From assembly GCA_963719995.1 (NCBI GenBank), contig CAVRDW010000005.1, positions 2,169,975-2,233,974 on the forward strand: DNA of 64,000 nt. The letters run 5' to 3'. A program made the position numbers and the translations under genes. The notes below the pieces were generated by a model that saw nothing but the letters and a program-made list of their open reading frames with translations, was not told the DNA's origin and searched no databases. The stretch's first letter is position 1; every line of letters begins with the position of its first letter. Shown piece by piece: positions 50,476 to 61,273 of the stretch. The stretch is from an uncultured beta proteobacterium. Lineage in GTDB: Bacteria > Pseudomonadota > Gammaproteobacteria > Burkholderiales > SG8-39.

Positions 50476-53316
50476 TTACCAGTCCCATGCCACCGTCACC
50501 CTGTCTGTGCCCACGGCGATCTTGGGGGCGTTCTTGCCGAGGCGCGAGTCGCGGCGGGCTTGCCAGGCGAGCGAGCCCATCGCGTAGCCAAGCAGCGACC
50601 CCGCCACGGTATCCGAGAACCAGTGCTTGCCGCTTCCCACGCGCGCGAGGTTGGTGAGGCTCGCCACGCCATAGAGCCACGGCGCATCGAACTCCTTCGC
50701 GTAGGGCGTCACCGCCGCCCACATCACCGCCACGTGGTTCGAGGGCATCGAATGGAAGGCGTCGTCCGTCGTGCCTGGCTCGAACGAGCCGCGCCCCTCG
50801 CCCGTCGTGGGCCGCGCGCGGCCCAGGCCGTACTTCAAGACCTCCGAGGCCGCGAGCGCCGCCACGCCCGCCTCGAGCGCCGCCGTGCCCGCATCCGAGA
50901 GCCTCGGCCGCGACTCGTCGAACGCGAACACCGCCGAGAGCCCCATCGCGGCAAGGGGCAGCGCATCGCCCAGCTTCACCGTGCGCTTCATCCAGTCGCT
51001 GTCGGCGTACTTCACCGACCAGTCGTAGCCCGGCTGATCGACGAGCGTCGAGCCCGCGAGCAGCGCCGTGCCGAGCAGCGCCGCCTCCACCCAGTCCACC
51101 TTGCCGCTCGCGCGCCCCATGCCCACCGTGTCCTCGGCCACGAAGTCCGGCCACACGCGGTCGCGCGGCCCCGTGCCGAGGCTCGGCAGGTCGTAGTCGT
51201 CCTCCATGTCGCCGAGGTATCGCAGCCCGTCGCGCTCGTGCAGGTCGCGCACCTGGCGCTCGTAGATGCGCGCGAGGTCGCCCGGGGACTGCACCATCTG
51301 CCCTACGTCGCGCGTCCAGGGCGCGAGCGAGAAGTTCGCCGTGGCGCGCGTGTCCTTCGTCAGCAGGCTGTCCAGCGCCATCTGCATGAAGATGCCCTTG
51401 TCGTAGTACGGGCTGTCCGGCGTCCCCGGCGAGGTGATGTCGTTGCCGTTGGTGACCGTGTACCACGCGCCCATCTCGAAGCCCGAGTTGAAGCGCCGCT
51501 TCACTTCCATGCGCACGCCCTCGTCCTTGGCGAGGAAGCGCCCCGCGCGCAGGGTCGCCGTCACGCCCTGGCTCATGCGGTAGTTGAGGCTCGCGATCGC
51601 CGTGACGGTGGAATAGTCCTGGAAGCCGAACCACCCCTCGAAATCGCGCTGGCGCAGCGCATCCACCGCGAGGTCCGCCGACCAGCCGCCGTCCCTGGAG
51701 AGATACAGCGCCTGGCCGCCCGCGCCGGCGTACATCTCCTCGTAGAAGCCCGCCGAGGCGCGCGCATACACCCGCGGCGCGGGATGGTAGTACTGCTGAA
51801 ACAGCGCCCGCATCAGCTTGAAGTCGCCGCCGCGCTTGTACTCGGCGACGTCGGTGCGCACGTGCGGCAGCGTGCTGTTGGAGGGCTGGGTGACGTCGCT
51901 CACGTTCTCGTAGAGCGTGAGCTTCACCTCGCTATTGAAGAAGGTGTGCCGCGCGAGCGCGCGATCCCACGTGCCGAGCAACGAGATGTCGTACTTGAAC
52001 GCGCCGCTCGGGTCGTTGAAGAACCCCGAGACGCTCGGCCGGATGCGCCCGATGCCGCCCAGCAGGTCGTCCTTGCGGAACTGGAAGAGCTGCGGCGCGT
52101 CCACGCCCACGAGCAGCGTCCCCGGCAACGGTTCCTCGAACGCGACGAGGGCCTCGGCCTTGTCCGCGCCTTCCTGCTCCGGGTCCTCCAGCGGCTTTGC
52201 GTACCCGATGGAGACCGTCTGCGCGAGGCTCTGGCGCGTGGCCATGCCGTTGAAGTAGCGCTGCAGCAGCCGCGCGTCCGCGAAGTCGTAGGTGGCGATG
52301 GGCAGCGACGCCTGCAGGTAGGTGACGCGGATCTCGCGCACCTCGAGCGGCGCAAAGGAGAGCATGGTGCGCGCCGCGCGCCCCACCGCGCGCGGCATCG
52401 CGGAGATGCGGGTGTTGGAAAGCACCGCCTCCAGCCGCCCGTTCTCGTAGGCAATGCGCACGTCGCGGAAATCCTGGGCGTAGAGCGCGCGCTCGAGGCG
52501 CTGCCGGTGCGCGCGGTCGTCGGCCCACTGCGCCTCGGTGGGCCGCGGGTTGATCTTCGTGTACGCGGGCGGCTCGTCGATCTTCGGCACGAACTCCTTC
52601 GCCTGGAGCGGCACCGAAACCCACACGTTCGCGCCCACCTCGCCGTGCGCGGCGTAGGCCTTCGCGCCCCACCACTCGGAACGGTACTCGACGCCGGCGG
52701 CGGGGCCCTTCTTGTAGGCGGCGGCGCCGGATTGTTGTCCGAACGGGTCGTTCGGGTAGTCGAACGCGTCGTACTCGGCGACCAGCGACCAGTTGCGCCA
52801 GGCCTTCGGCGACCAGCGCACGCCGCCGAAGGCGCCGTCGATGCGCTCCGTGCCGTAGCCGAGCGTGAGGTCGAAGTCGCCGATCTGCTTCGAGGCGACG
52901 CCGTAATAGGCGGTGAAGAGCCCCGTGCCCATCACGTCCTGCGCGCCGAGCGCAAGCTGCGGCATCCAGCCGCGCTCGGGGAACGCGCGCAGCTTGAGAT
53001 CGAACTGCTTGTCCTTGTAGTCGCCGTAGTCCGCGCCGTAGCCGGGGTCGGATGGCGTCCCGGTAAAGCCCGGCACGTACATGATGCGCGTGAAGCGCAG
53101 CGACCCCTCGAGCCAGGGCAGCGCCGTGAGGCTCGACCACAGCGCCGGGTAGGGCTTGAGGTAGCTGTAGCCCGTGCGCCAGGTGCCATCGGGCGCAAAG
53201 CGCGCGTCCGGCATGCTGAGAAGGCCCGTCTGGCCGGTGGCGGAGGGTAGCGCCACCGGATCTGCCGCATGCGCCCCCGCCGAGAGGATCAAGGCGGGAA
53301 CCAGGGCGCGGCGCAT
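50476..53316 (-). CDS. YjbH/GfcD-family outer-membrane polysaccharide-export protein fused to a C-terminal PAP2 (acid phosphatase) domain
   Basis: This is an intact 946-aa ORF with signal peptide MRRALVPALILSAGAHA. The YjbH-type N-terminus reads GLLSMPDARFAPDG...DKQFDLKLRAFPERGWMPQLALGAQDVMGTGLFTAYYGVASK. The C-terminal roughly 230 aa have hydrophobic helices and the tripartite PAP2 motif KYGLGRARP / PSNH / ARVGSGKHWFSD. Confidence 0.8.
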   Translation of the reverse strand: MRRALVPALILSAGAHAADPVALPSATGQTGLLSMPDARFAPDGTWRTGYSYLKPYPALWSSLTALPWLEGSLRFTRIMYVPGFTGTPSDPGYGADYGDYKDKQFDLKLRAFPERGWMPQLALGAQDVMGTGLFTAYYGVASKQIGDFDLTLGYGTERIDGAFGGVRWSPKAWRNWSLVAEYDAFDYPNDPFGQQSGAAAYKKGPAAGVEYRSEWWGAKAYAAHGEVGANVWVSVPLQAKEFVPKIDEPPAYTKINPRPTEAQWADDRAHRQRLERALYAQDFRDVRIAYENGRLEAVLSNTRISAMPRAVGRAARTMLSFAPLEVREIRVTYLQASLPIATYDFADARLLQRYFNGMATRQSLAQTVSIGYAKPLEDPEQEGADKAEALVAFEEPLPGTLLVGVDAPQLFQFRKDDLLGGIGRIRPSVSGFFNDPSGAFKYDISLLGTWDRALARHTFFNSEVKLTLYENVSDVTQPSNSTLPHVRTDVAEYKRGGDFKLMRALFQQYYHPAPRVYARASAGFYEEMYAGAGGQALYLSRDGGWSADLAVDALRQRDFEGWFGFQDYSTVTAIASLNYRMSQGVTATLRAGRFLAKDEGVRMEVKRRFNSGFEMGAWYTVTNGNDITSPGTPDSPYYDKGIFMQMALDSLLTKDTRATANFSLAPWTRDVGQMVQSPGDLARIYERQVRDLHERDGLRYLGDMEDDYDLPSLGTGPRDRVWPDFVAEDTVGMGRASGKVDWVEAALLGTALLAGSTLVDQPGYDWSVKYADSDWMKRTVKLGDALPLAAMGLSAVFAFDESRPRLSDAGTAALEAGVAALAASEVLKYGLGRARPTTGEGRGSFEPGTTDDAFHSMPSNHVAVMWAAVTPYAKEFDAPWLYGVASLTNLARVGSGKHWFSDTVAGSLLGYAMGSLAWQARRDSRLGKNAPKIAVGTDRVTVAWDW

Positions 53317-53330
53317 GGAGACCGAAGGTA

Positions 53331-53362
53331 CAAAAAAGAAAGGCCCCGTTGGCGGGGCCTTT
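53331..53362 (-). terminator. Intrinsic terminator downstream of the FecR-domain gene
   Basis: On the minus strand it reads AAAGGCCCCGCCAACGGGGCCTTT followed by CTTTTTTG. Confidence 0.7.
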
Positions 53363-53378
53363 CAGAAGTTAGCCTCGT

Positions 53379-54152
53379 TCAGGGCGTGTGCTGCGTGGCG
53401 CTGTCGTTGCTGTTCCATGACGCTATTCCCACGGCGATGCCCGCGGCGATCGCCGCCGCCGTCCCCACGCCTGCCGCGGTGACGCCACCCGCCGCGACCG
53501 CAGGCGGGGCGCCAGCGGCCATGCCGCCCGCGACGACTCCCGCCGCCGCGCTCATGCTGCTGAAGGCGGAGCTCGCCGCGGCTGGCAGCGCCGACGACGG
53601 GATGGAGATCGCCAGCGCGTTCGCCGTCGCGACCGAGCCGAACGACCCCGCCCCGAACACCGTCGTGCCGACCGAGTTGGACACGCTGACCGTGCCAGCG
53701 AGCACACTGGTGTAGGCGGGATTGACGAGGGCCACCATGAAGTCCGTGCCGCGGATGCCGATGGTCGCCTGCGGGATGCGGAGCTGGAAGTTGTCGCGGT
53801 TCTTCGCCACGAGGGCGCCCGAAATCACGCGCAGCGCGCCGCGCAGCAGGTCGAAGATCGCGCGGTCGGCGGTCGGCTCGGCGTCCGCGCGGTAGCGGTA
53901 GTCGGTGATGCGAAAGACCGTGTTCTCGTTGATCACCACCTGCTGGCCGTCGTCGAAGCGCAGGACGGCCTGCGCGCCCGCGCCGGTGGTGATGGTGGCG
54001 CCGGAGGTGACGCGGTCCTTGGCGTTCAGCGGGACACTGCCTGCGCGCACATCGCCGCGAACCGACTGGACGTTGGCGGCGGCGAAGACGTTGCCCGCCA
54101 TGAGGAGTGCCGCGGCTACGAGTGCGGCCATCGCGTTCCGGATACCCGTCAT
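53379..54152 (-). CDS. FecR-domain protein with a signal peptide and a Gly/Ala-rich hydrophobic C-terminal tail
   Basis: The signal peptide is MAALVAAALLMAGNVFAAA. The FecR-like core reads ATITTGAGAQAVLRFDDGQQVVINENTVFRI...IGIRGTDFMV. The tail reads ...AAGVGTAAAIAAGIAVGIASWNSNDSATQHTP. The RBS GGAGG lies upstream. Confidence 0.75.
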   Translation of the reverse strand: MTGIRNAMAALVAAALLMAGNVFAAANVQSVRGDVRAGSVPLNAKDRVTSGATITTGAGAQAVLRFDDGQQVVINENTVFRITDYRYRADAEPTADRAIFDLLRGALRVISGALVAKNRDNFQLRIPQATIGIRGTDFMVALVNPAYTSVLAGTVSVSNSVGTTVFGAGSFGSVATANALAISIPSSALPAAASSAFSSMSAAAGVVAGGMAAGAPPAVAAGGVTAAGVGTAAAIAAGIAVGIASWNSNDSATQHTP

Positions 54153-54218
54153 CTGAGCCTCCCTGCGTTTCTTTTCGGTCGTGGGCCGGCCCCCGCGCCA
54201 GGGGGCATGGGCCGCATT

Positions 54219-55403
54219 CTACAGAGTCCCGCCAAACTGTCTTGGCCGCCTCCCGGAGACGTTGCCCGCTGTCCGCCGCAGGGGCCTGCCCCACGGTGCG
54301 CCGAAGCGCACGATCCGCCAGTAGATCCACAGGAAAGACAAGCGAGAAGGCCGCCGCATGGAGCTGCAGCATCCATGTCTCGTCCCAGAAGAGCCAGGCC
54401 GGAACCACGGTCAGGAGGGAGAGGGCGAGCATGATGAGAGTGGTCAGGGCGCTGCGCGCCGCCGGGCTCCTGCGGCCGTGTCCCTTCACCACGCGATGGT
54501 AGACGAGCGTGTGCAGGTGCAAGCGCGTCGGCGGCGGCGGTCGAATGGCCCTGCATCACCTTGCGGCGGTACATGGAGAAGACCGTCTCCCACACCGGGT
54601 ACCAGAGCACGAGCAGCGCGAACCACGGCGAGACTTCCGAATTGCGGTGCACCAGGAGCACGGCCAGCTCGCCGATGGCGAAGCCGAGGAAGTACGCGCC
54701 GCCGTCGCCCGCGAAGATCGCGCCGCGCGGGTAGTTCCAGGCGAGGAACCCGAGGACCGCCGCGCCGACGACGAGCGCCGCGTGCAGGACCTGCGCGTCC
54801 CCCACCTGCACCGCCACGCCCGCAATCGCGGTGAGGATCGCGATGCCCACCAGGCCCGAGAGCCCGTTCATCCCGTCCACGATGTTCTTCGCGTGCGCAA
54901 ACCCCCCTACGGCGAACAGCGTGAAGCCGAACGCGAAGATCTCGTATTGGAACAGGTGATCGTCGCCGGGCAGGTCCAGGTCGGTGATGCGGCCGTCGAG
55001 CAGCACGTAGCCCACGGCGGCTGCGCCAAAGGCGAACAGCAGGCGGCTGTAGGGCGAGACCCTGCGCGTCAGGTCCTCGAGGAAGCCCCCCACGAAGGCG
55101 GGCAGGGAGGCGAGGAGAAAGAGCGCCATCCAGGCGACCTCCGTCCCGGTCGCCGAGGAACACCGCCCCCGCCGCCACGCCGGCGAGGATGCCGAAGCCG
55201 CCGATGCGCGGCACCGGCGTGCGGTGGACCTTCTGCAGGCCGGGGATGGTGTCGTCATTCGTGAGCCGCCCATGCGCGCGGCGCGAGGCGAGCAGCAGCC
55301 AGCAGACGCCGAAGGAGGCGGCTAGGGCGGCGAGGACGGCGAGCGCCATGGCTGAGGATAGTAGCAAGGAGGCATTTGCCCACAGTCCGGCCGCTGAGGC
55401 CAT
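54219..55403 (-). CDS. Polyprenyl-phosphate sugar-1-phosphate transferase (glycosyltransferase family 4, WecA/WbpL-like). It has about 3 apparent frameshifts (near 54345, 54540, 55150).
   Basis: HRTPVPRIGGFGILAGV, AKNIVDGMNGLSGL, AIFAGDGGAYFLGFAIGELAV and WYPVWETVFSMYRR lie in shifting frames. Both ends are uncertain. The stop TAG 54221-54219 assumes the frame giving LSFLWIYWRIVRF. Confidence 0.7.
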
Positions 55404-55559
55404 ACCCAGGCCAGGGGACGGGAACTGACGAAAGTTTGCAGGATGACGCGGATAGGGGCGTCCGCAGGGCATTCTTGGCGCCTAGCTGCGCCGGAACCCC
55501 GAGCCCTCATCGCGCATCTCTATGGATTCGCGCCAGACATTCGCAGCTATAAAGTTCGT

Positions 55560-56672
55560 TCAATGGCGATTGAACGGTGCCATTGATCGCTTCAAGAACC
55601 CCGAATTGATTACCGCCAATGCCGCTTCCTCATGTCCCTTGCTGTTCCAATGGCCATCAAACGGCCATTCAAACCGTGCTTGATCCATGATATGCCGATC
55701 AATGAAGCGCGGCTGCATATCGATGACGTGATAGCCCATCTCCTTCGAGACCTGCAGCAGGAATGAACGCATCACCGCAAAGTAACTCCCCTGAGTAGCC
55801 TCCAGCGCCGCCTTGTCGTACAAGTTCGGCCGCATTCCATCCACAACGATGGCAATCCTTTCGGGCGGAAGTCCGGAGTAGCGCGGCAAGACGCTGAGAA
55901 AATGTTGCACGGCTTCCTTCGACTGCTGCGCGCGCAGAGTGTCGGCTTGGGCGGCGACGTTGCCAACGTAGTTCGCATTTCCAAACAGGCGCTGGCAAAG
56001 GCTTCCAAGTGAGAGGTTGTAGGCCAGGTATCTTGCCAATGCGCTCTGCTGCAGTGCGCGACCCCAAAGAGTCGGAGTAAAGGGCACCAAGTGCAGTTGG
56101 AATCCTGTAGCTGCGGACCGCCGCAGGTAATGGAACCCGCGATTGGACTTCTACTCCAACAGCGATTCATCAAAATCATTGCCAACCACAACTATCAGCA
56201 TCGCATGAGGGCGAAACGTGTCTTTTGCGTACTGCGCGTACGCTAGGTATTGGCTCAATGCGGAGCCGGATGAGCCGAAGCTATACACCCGGCTACGATT
56301 TCCCAAAAACGTAGCCAACCTGCCGTGCAGTGTGTCCTCGTACGGGACGATGAGCGCCTCGACGTAGCTGTCTCCAATTACAGCCAAGAGTGGCGTTGTG
56401 GAATGGTGGTCATAGTCTTGGTTGTTCACAAAGCCGTAGTTGTTTACGCGCACCCTATTTGCGACTTCAAAGTTCCACGGGGTGGAATAGAGGACTTCCC
56501 TGTTGGGTTTGAAATGCAGGCAGGGCTGCGCACTACTAACTGGCTGAACCTCAAGCGACTCGCGGACTGGAAGCAGCCGCAGGGCAGTTTCAAGTACTAG
56601 CAGCGCGCCCAGTACGCTCAGCGCGACGGATAGCGTCCGGAAGGCTATTGAGCGTGCCCGGCCTTGGATCAT
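55560..56672 (-). pseudogene. SGNH/GDSL-hydrolase-like protein (AlgX/AlgJ-like, possible polysaccharide O-acetylation), interrupted by an in-frame TAG at 56153-56151
   Basis: ORFs 56151..56672 (TM anchor, LLAVIGDSYVEAL, VVVGNDFDES) and 55560..56090 (...FEWPFDGHWNSKGHEEAA) are in the same frame. They are separated only by one amber codon and 20 sense codons. Confidence 0.55.
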
Positions 56673-56757
56673 TTGTAGATGGGGCAGGCCTGAGACCTAG
56701 TCAGGCGCAAACGCACACCCATACCCTTCCGTGTCAGACAAATTCTGGCCCCTTGCG

Positions 56758-57900
56758 CTAGTCGTGCAAGAAGATTGAGGTCTTCCCTGTTACTTCACGA
56801 ATCGCGACCAAGTAACGCTCGTAGACTATATGGTCGTCAAACTCCTTCTCCATTTTCTGTCTTCCACGCATGCCCATTGCAGATCTTTCGGACTCGGAAA
56901 GCCGCATCATCTGCTTCATCTTTTCGGCGAGGTCGCCAGCATCCCGCACTTTCACAAGATAGCCGGTGACGCCGTCTTCTACGACTTGCCTGCAGCCTGG
57001 CACATCGGTGGTGATAATGGGTATCGCCATGCTACTGGCCTCAAGCAGAGACTTGGGCGCTCCTTCCCGATACGACGGCAATACCACACAGTCCGCCTGC
57101 GCCAGTTGTCCGCGTACATCAACCGGCGGAGACACGTAGGTCACTACCCCCCTGCGCTCCCAATCCTGGACCTTCGAGAGTGGAATTGCAGTGAGATTGT
57201 CGGTCCCTGTGAACCCCATAAGAACGAACTCGGATTGAGGACGCTCGGGCTTCACCCGTGCAGCAGCCTCCACAAACTCCCCGACCCCCTTGTCCCACAG
57301 CAATCTGCCCAGCAGCAAGAACCGGAACTTCTCCCGACGCTGATGCGACTGGGCTGGGGGTGCAAACCAACGAATGTCCACGCCTGATCCGGGTAGCAGC
57401 CGCGCCTTAGAGGGATTGACCAAGTGCCCCTGCACGAATAGCTGCATGTCTTCCGGGTTTTGAAAGAACGCCGTAGAAGCCCGTCGTAGTGCACTCCGGT
57501 ATAGGAAACGGACAACTGCGGTGACCCAGTTCGGCCTGATGAACGCGGTGCCGAGGCCTGAAACATTGGCGACTACCGGGATTCCCAGAGAATTGGCAGC
57601 GAAAGCCCCGAAAACATTGGGCTTTACGGTGAAGGTGAGCGCACAGCAGGGGCGCTCCTGTTTCAAGAGTCGACGTAGTCCGAACGCCAGCAATAGATCT
57701 TTGACCGGGTTCGTGCCCTTGTTGTCCATTGGCTGGGGCAGGAACCTTACCCCGCCTGCTGTTAGCCGCTCCGAATACTCGTCGGTCGGGGCGATGGCAA
57801 TAACCGAATATCCCTCTCGCTGGAGCTCCTCAATCAATCGACGGCGGAAGTTATAGATGTACCAGGACGTATTCGCGATAAGGGCGATCTTGTCTTTCAC
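56758..57900 (-). CDS. Glycosyltransferase (GT-B fold, family 4-like)
   Basis: An intact 380-aa ORF. ADCVVLPSYREGAPKSLLEASSMAIPIITTDVPGCRQVVEDGVTGYLV is the typical EX7E-type C-terminal domain. Confidence 0.8.
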   Translation of the reverse strand: MKDKIALIANTSWYIYNFRRRLIEELQREGYSVIAIAPTDEYSERLTAGGVRFLPQPMDNKGTNPVKDLLLAFGLRRLLKQERPCCALTFTVKPNVFGAFAANSLGIPVVANVSGLGTAFIRPNWVTAVVRFLYRSALRRASTAFFQNPEDMQLFVQGHLVNPSKARLLPGSGVDIRWFAPPAQSHQRREKFRFLLLGRLLWDKGVGEFVEAAARVKPERPQSEFVLMGFTGTDNLTAIPLSKVQDWERRGVVTYVSPPVDVRGQLAQADCVVLPSYREGAPKSLLEASSMAIPIITTDVPGCRQVVEDGVTGYLVKVRDAGDLAEKMKQMMRLSESERSAMGMRGRQKMEKEFDDHIVYERYLVAIREVTGKTSIFLHD

Positions 57901-59307
57901 TCGACGGCGGACAGGAGCGAAGGGATCTTGCTGCGACCATGCGCGCTAATTGACAATAGCCAATCCTTTATGCGGTCTGCCCTCACCCTAGGCCTTGCCT
58001 GCATGGGCGTGGTTCCAGTTGGTCGTCCAGAAAGCACCGCAAGTGAGCCTTCGCGTATGTGGTAGCCGGTGCCTGGCTCGATGTCCTGCTTGCGAATCCC
58101 TGCTTCGTGCCACTTCACCTGTCGTCCAGCGATGTTGAAGCCATCGTCCCCAATATCCCTCAGGGGCGGAGTGGCGACTGTGATGCTCAAGCTGGGGCCA
58201 ATTTCCTGGACTCGAATGAATTGTCTGTGGTCACCGCAGAACGCTTCTTCGAGAATTGAGTGCGTCTTCGCGCGCGATGCCTCATCGTGGATCTCCACGG
58301 CAACCTGAGGCGCCATGGCCAACAGGGGGGTGTACTGAGCGCGAGACAGCCCCGCTTGGCCCATCAGCATGGCCAGATCCTCAATTACCAATTCCACGCC
58401 TTCGTGATTGCTGCGATGCACTGCAGCTTGCCCCATGCTGGAGGCAAACACCACTACAAGTTCTGGATTCGAGTTGGCCCAATCCAAGACATCCCGGAGC
58501 ATGTCGTTCAATACTCTTACCGCAAACTGCATTAGCCATTTGCGCGACGCGCCGGTATTGCCAGGTTGTCCTCGGAAGTCTTCCGGAAACACGTCCCTCC
58601 AATAGCGATGCATCACGCCAGCAACATGGTTCGTGAAGAACGTACTCAAGTGTGGTGGCCGGTGCGCATTGAAATGCTTTCGAAACACATCCCAAAAGAG
58701 AATGGTCTGGAAGATCGGGCGCCTCGCCGACAATGATTTGTCGACTCGCTCGCGCAGAGAGCTGGGCGAGAATTCTCGCGCCGGTGCGCAACCTGACCCC
58801 GGATTTCAATGATGTGGATGCAACGCCCACCACGTCGCTGGCGCGAGGCATTGAGTCGCTCACGACTCTTGCGTTCTTGCCTACCTGCGCAAGATTGAAT
58901 GCCTGTAGTGGATTGAGGTATGGGGGGTAGCATCGTTCATCGTGGGCGAAGGTGTCCGGCACATAGAAGCCGCCCTCGCCCGGTGCCACTGGTGGCCAGC
59001 TTTGCATTGAGCCGCAAATACCGATAGAGCCGCCACGTTCACGGATTTCCTGCCAAATCGGCTTTCCCTTGAACGTCGACGGGTCCTGTCCCAGATTCTT
59101 GATCCCGTGTTGTTCGTTGTTCATCCCGCGATGAAACGTCGGCCATGTCACCCAGGGAGAAAGCTCACCGGTATCCACGGCCAGTGTGGTGTAGTGATCT
59201 GATCGCCGGAAGAAGCAATTCAGGTTTCCAAACTCGGGACGGTCCACGTACCGATCGAGCAAACGCCAGGGAATCTCGTTGATCTCCAGGAGCAGGATGG
59301 GCGTCAT
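57897..59307 (-). CDS. Alkaline-phosphatase-superfamily-like (nucleotide pyrophosphatase/phosphodiesterase-like) protein (apparent frameshift near 58700-58740)
   Basis: MTPILLLEINEIPWRLLDRYV...LSPWVTWPTFHRGM comes from ORF 58381..59307. It joins RRPIFQTILFWDVFRKHF...THSILEEAF... from ORF 57897..58733. The functional call is weak. Confidence 0.45.
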
Positions 59308-59321
59308 TGGCGTGGGTGTGA

Positions 59322-61264
59322 TCAGGAATTCTGGTGTTCAAGCCAGGCCTGAAACATCAGCACATCCCAAAGATGGGATTGCCAGTTGCGTTTTCCGGAC
59401 AGGTGCTCATCCCACTTGCGGCGAATTGGTGCTGGATACAAGTAGCCGTCCCGTCTTAGCCGCGCCTCGCTCAACAGTCCTTCCGCCCATTCACGCAGTG
59501 GGCCACGCAGCCACAAGCCGATTGGCACTCCGAATCCCATCTTTGGTCTGTCAATCAGGCTGTGCGGTACGTACTTGTAAAGTACTTGTCGCAGAAGCCA
59601 CTTTCCCACGCCGTCGCGGATCTTGTATCGCATGGGCAGCCGCCAGGCAAACTCGAATACGCGGTGGTCGAGAAATGGCACCCGTGTTCTAGGCTTACCG
59701 CCATGGCGGCTCGGTCCACTTTCACGAGGATATCGTCAGGAAGATATGTGATCGCATCTAGGGCCATCATTGATTCTGTAAGTCCAGAAAGCGGTTGCGA
59801 TTGACCGGAGAGCACCGTCGTCGGCTCCACGGCCCCAATTACGAGCTGAGCGGGCTCCCAATGGCTCACGAGGCCCCGATACAGCGCCATGCCGCTGCCC
59901 GCGAGAAGCACAGGCGCACCTTTGTGCAGCGTGTAACCCGGACTCGCCAAACGCAATCTTCGCGGAATGAGCGGGCAAATCAGGGAATGGAGCCGATCCC
60001 ACAACTCAGGCGAGCCCGCGAGAATGACTTGGGCAGCCAAGTTGCGTACTGTTTTCGGAATGCGGCTTAGTACGCGCCAACTGCGTGCTGCCAAAAAATA
60101 TCTGTTGTAGCCGCAAAAGAGTTCGTCACCTCCGTCACCAGAAAGGGATACGGTCACATGCTGCCGAGCAAGCTGTGCCACAAGGTAGGTGGGAATCTGC
60201 GAGGAGTCGGAAAACGGCTCGTCGTAGATCTGAGGTAGCTTCGGAATCGTTCCCTGCGCGTCGGACGGCGTGACGTAAAGCTCGGTGTGGTCCGTGCCGA
60301 GATGCCGCGCGACGGCATTTGCATGCTGCGCTTCGTCGTACCCGGCCTCCAGAAAGCCAATGGAGAAAGTCTTGACAGGCCGATTTGCTTTAGCCTGCAT
60401 GAGCGCCACTATTGTGGATGAGTCCACCCCGCCAGAAAGAAAGGCTCCCAGCGGCACGTCTGAGATCATCTGCGCAGCGACTGCACGTGAGAGCACATCT
60501 TCCAGGGCCACTGCCGCGCTTGCATCGGAATCGAGGCACATTGGCTCTGCCATGCCGATCCTGGCCGCTTCGAGCGCCGACCAGTACGGCCGCATTGTCG
60601 GCATTTCTCTCTTGTAGATGTATGGCGCAGATATTTCTAGGTACGTACCCGGCCGCACCTTGTTGAAATGCTGGTAAATGCAGTGGGGCGCGGGGACGTA
60701 GTTGTGACGCAAGAGCAAGGCCAGTGCCTCTCGGTTGATCTCTCCAGCGAATCCGGGAAGCCCAGCAAGAGCCTTCAACTCTGACGCAAACGCGAATACA
60801 CGTCCGACGTAGCCGCAATAGAGAGGCTTCTCGCCCAGTCGGTCTCGCGCCAGAACCAGCTTGCGCGTCTGTCGGTTCCAGAGTGCAAACGCAAACATTC
60901 CGACCACCGACTTGAGCGTCTTTTCCGTGCCCCAGGCGCCGAAGCAGGCAAGCAGGGTTTCGGTATCGGAATGCCCGCGCCACGCAGGCGCATGGCCGCC
61001 GAGCATTTCGCGCAATTCAAGATGGTTGTAGATCTCGCCATTGAAGACGATCACGAATTGGCCGCATGCCGAATGCATCGGTTGATGGCCGGCAGCCGAA
61101 AGATCGAGCACCGAGAGCCTGGCATGCCCCAACGCGACTCCACTTTCCGGCTCTGCCCACAATCCCGAATCGTCGGGTCCACGGTGGCGAAGGCGGCGAA
61201 TTGCCATGTCAAGCGCGTCGTCGCTATGTGGAGCCCGGCCCCAAGTTCCGATGATGCCGCACAT
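59322..61264 (-). CDS. Asparagine synthase (glutamine-hydrolysing)-family amidotransferase, WbpS-like (apparent frameshift near 59690)
   Basis: MCGIIGTW is the N-terminal Cys nucleophile. [32 protein letters not shown] (PP-loop) and [10 protein letters not shown] are present. The C-terminus ([16 protein letters not shown]...) lies in the frame of ORF 59322..59681. Confidence 0.85.
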
Positions 61265-61273
61265 GACCGATGC

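Noticed and set aside
50476-53316. Outer-membrane protein considered as the missing TolC-like component of the T1SS
   Set aside because: The sequence pattern is YjbH/GfcD-like with a PAP2 tail. It is not a TolC/OprM-type protein, lies 11 kb away on the other strand, and is associated with polysaccharide genes.
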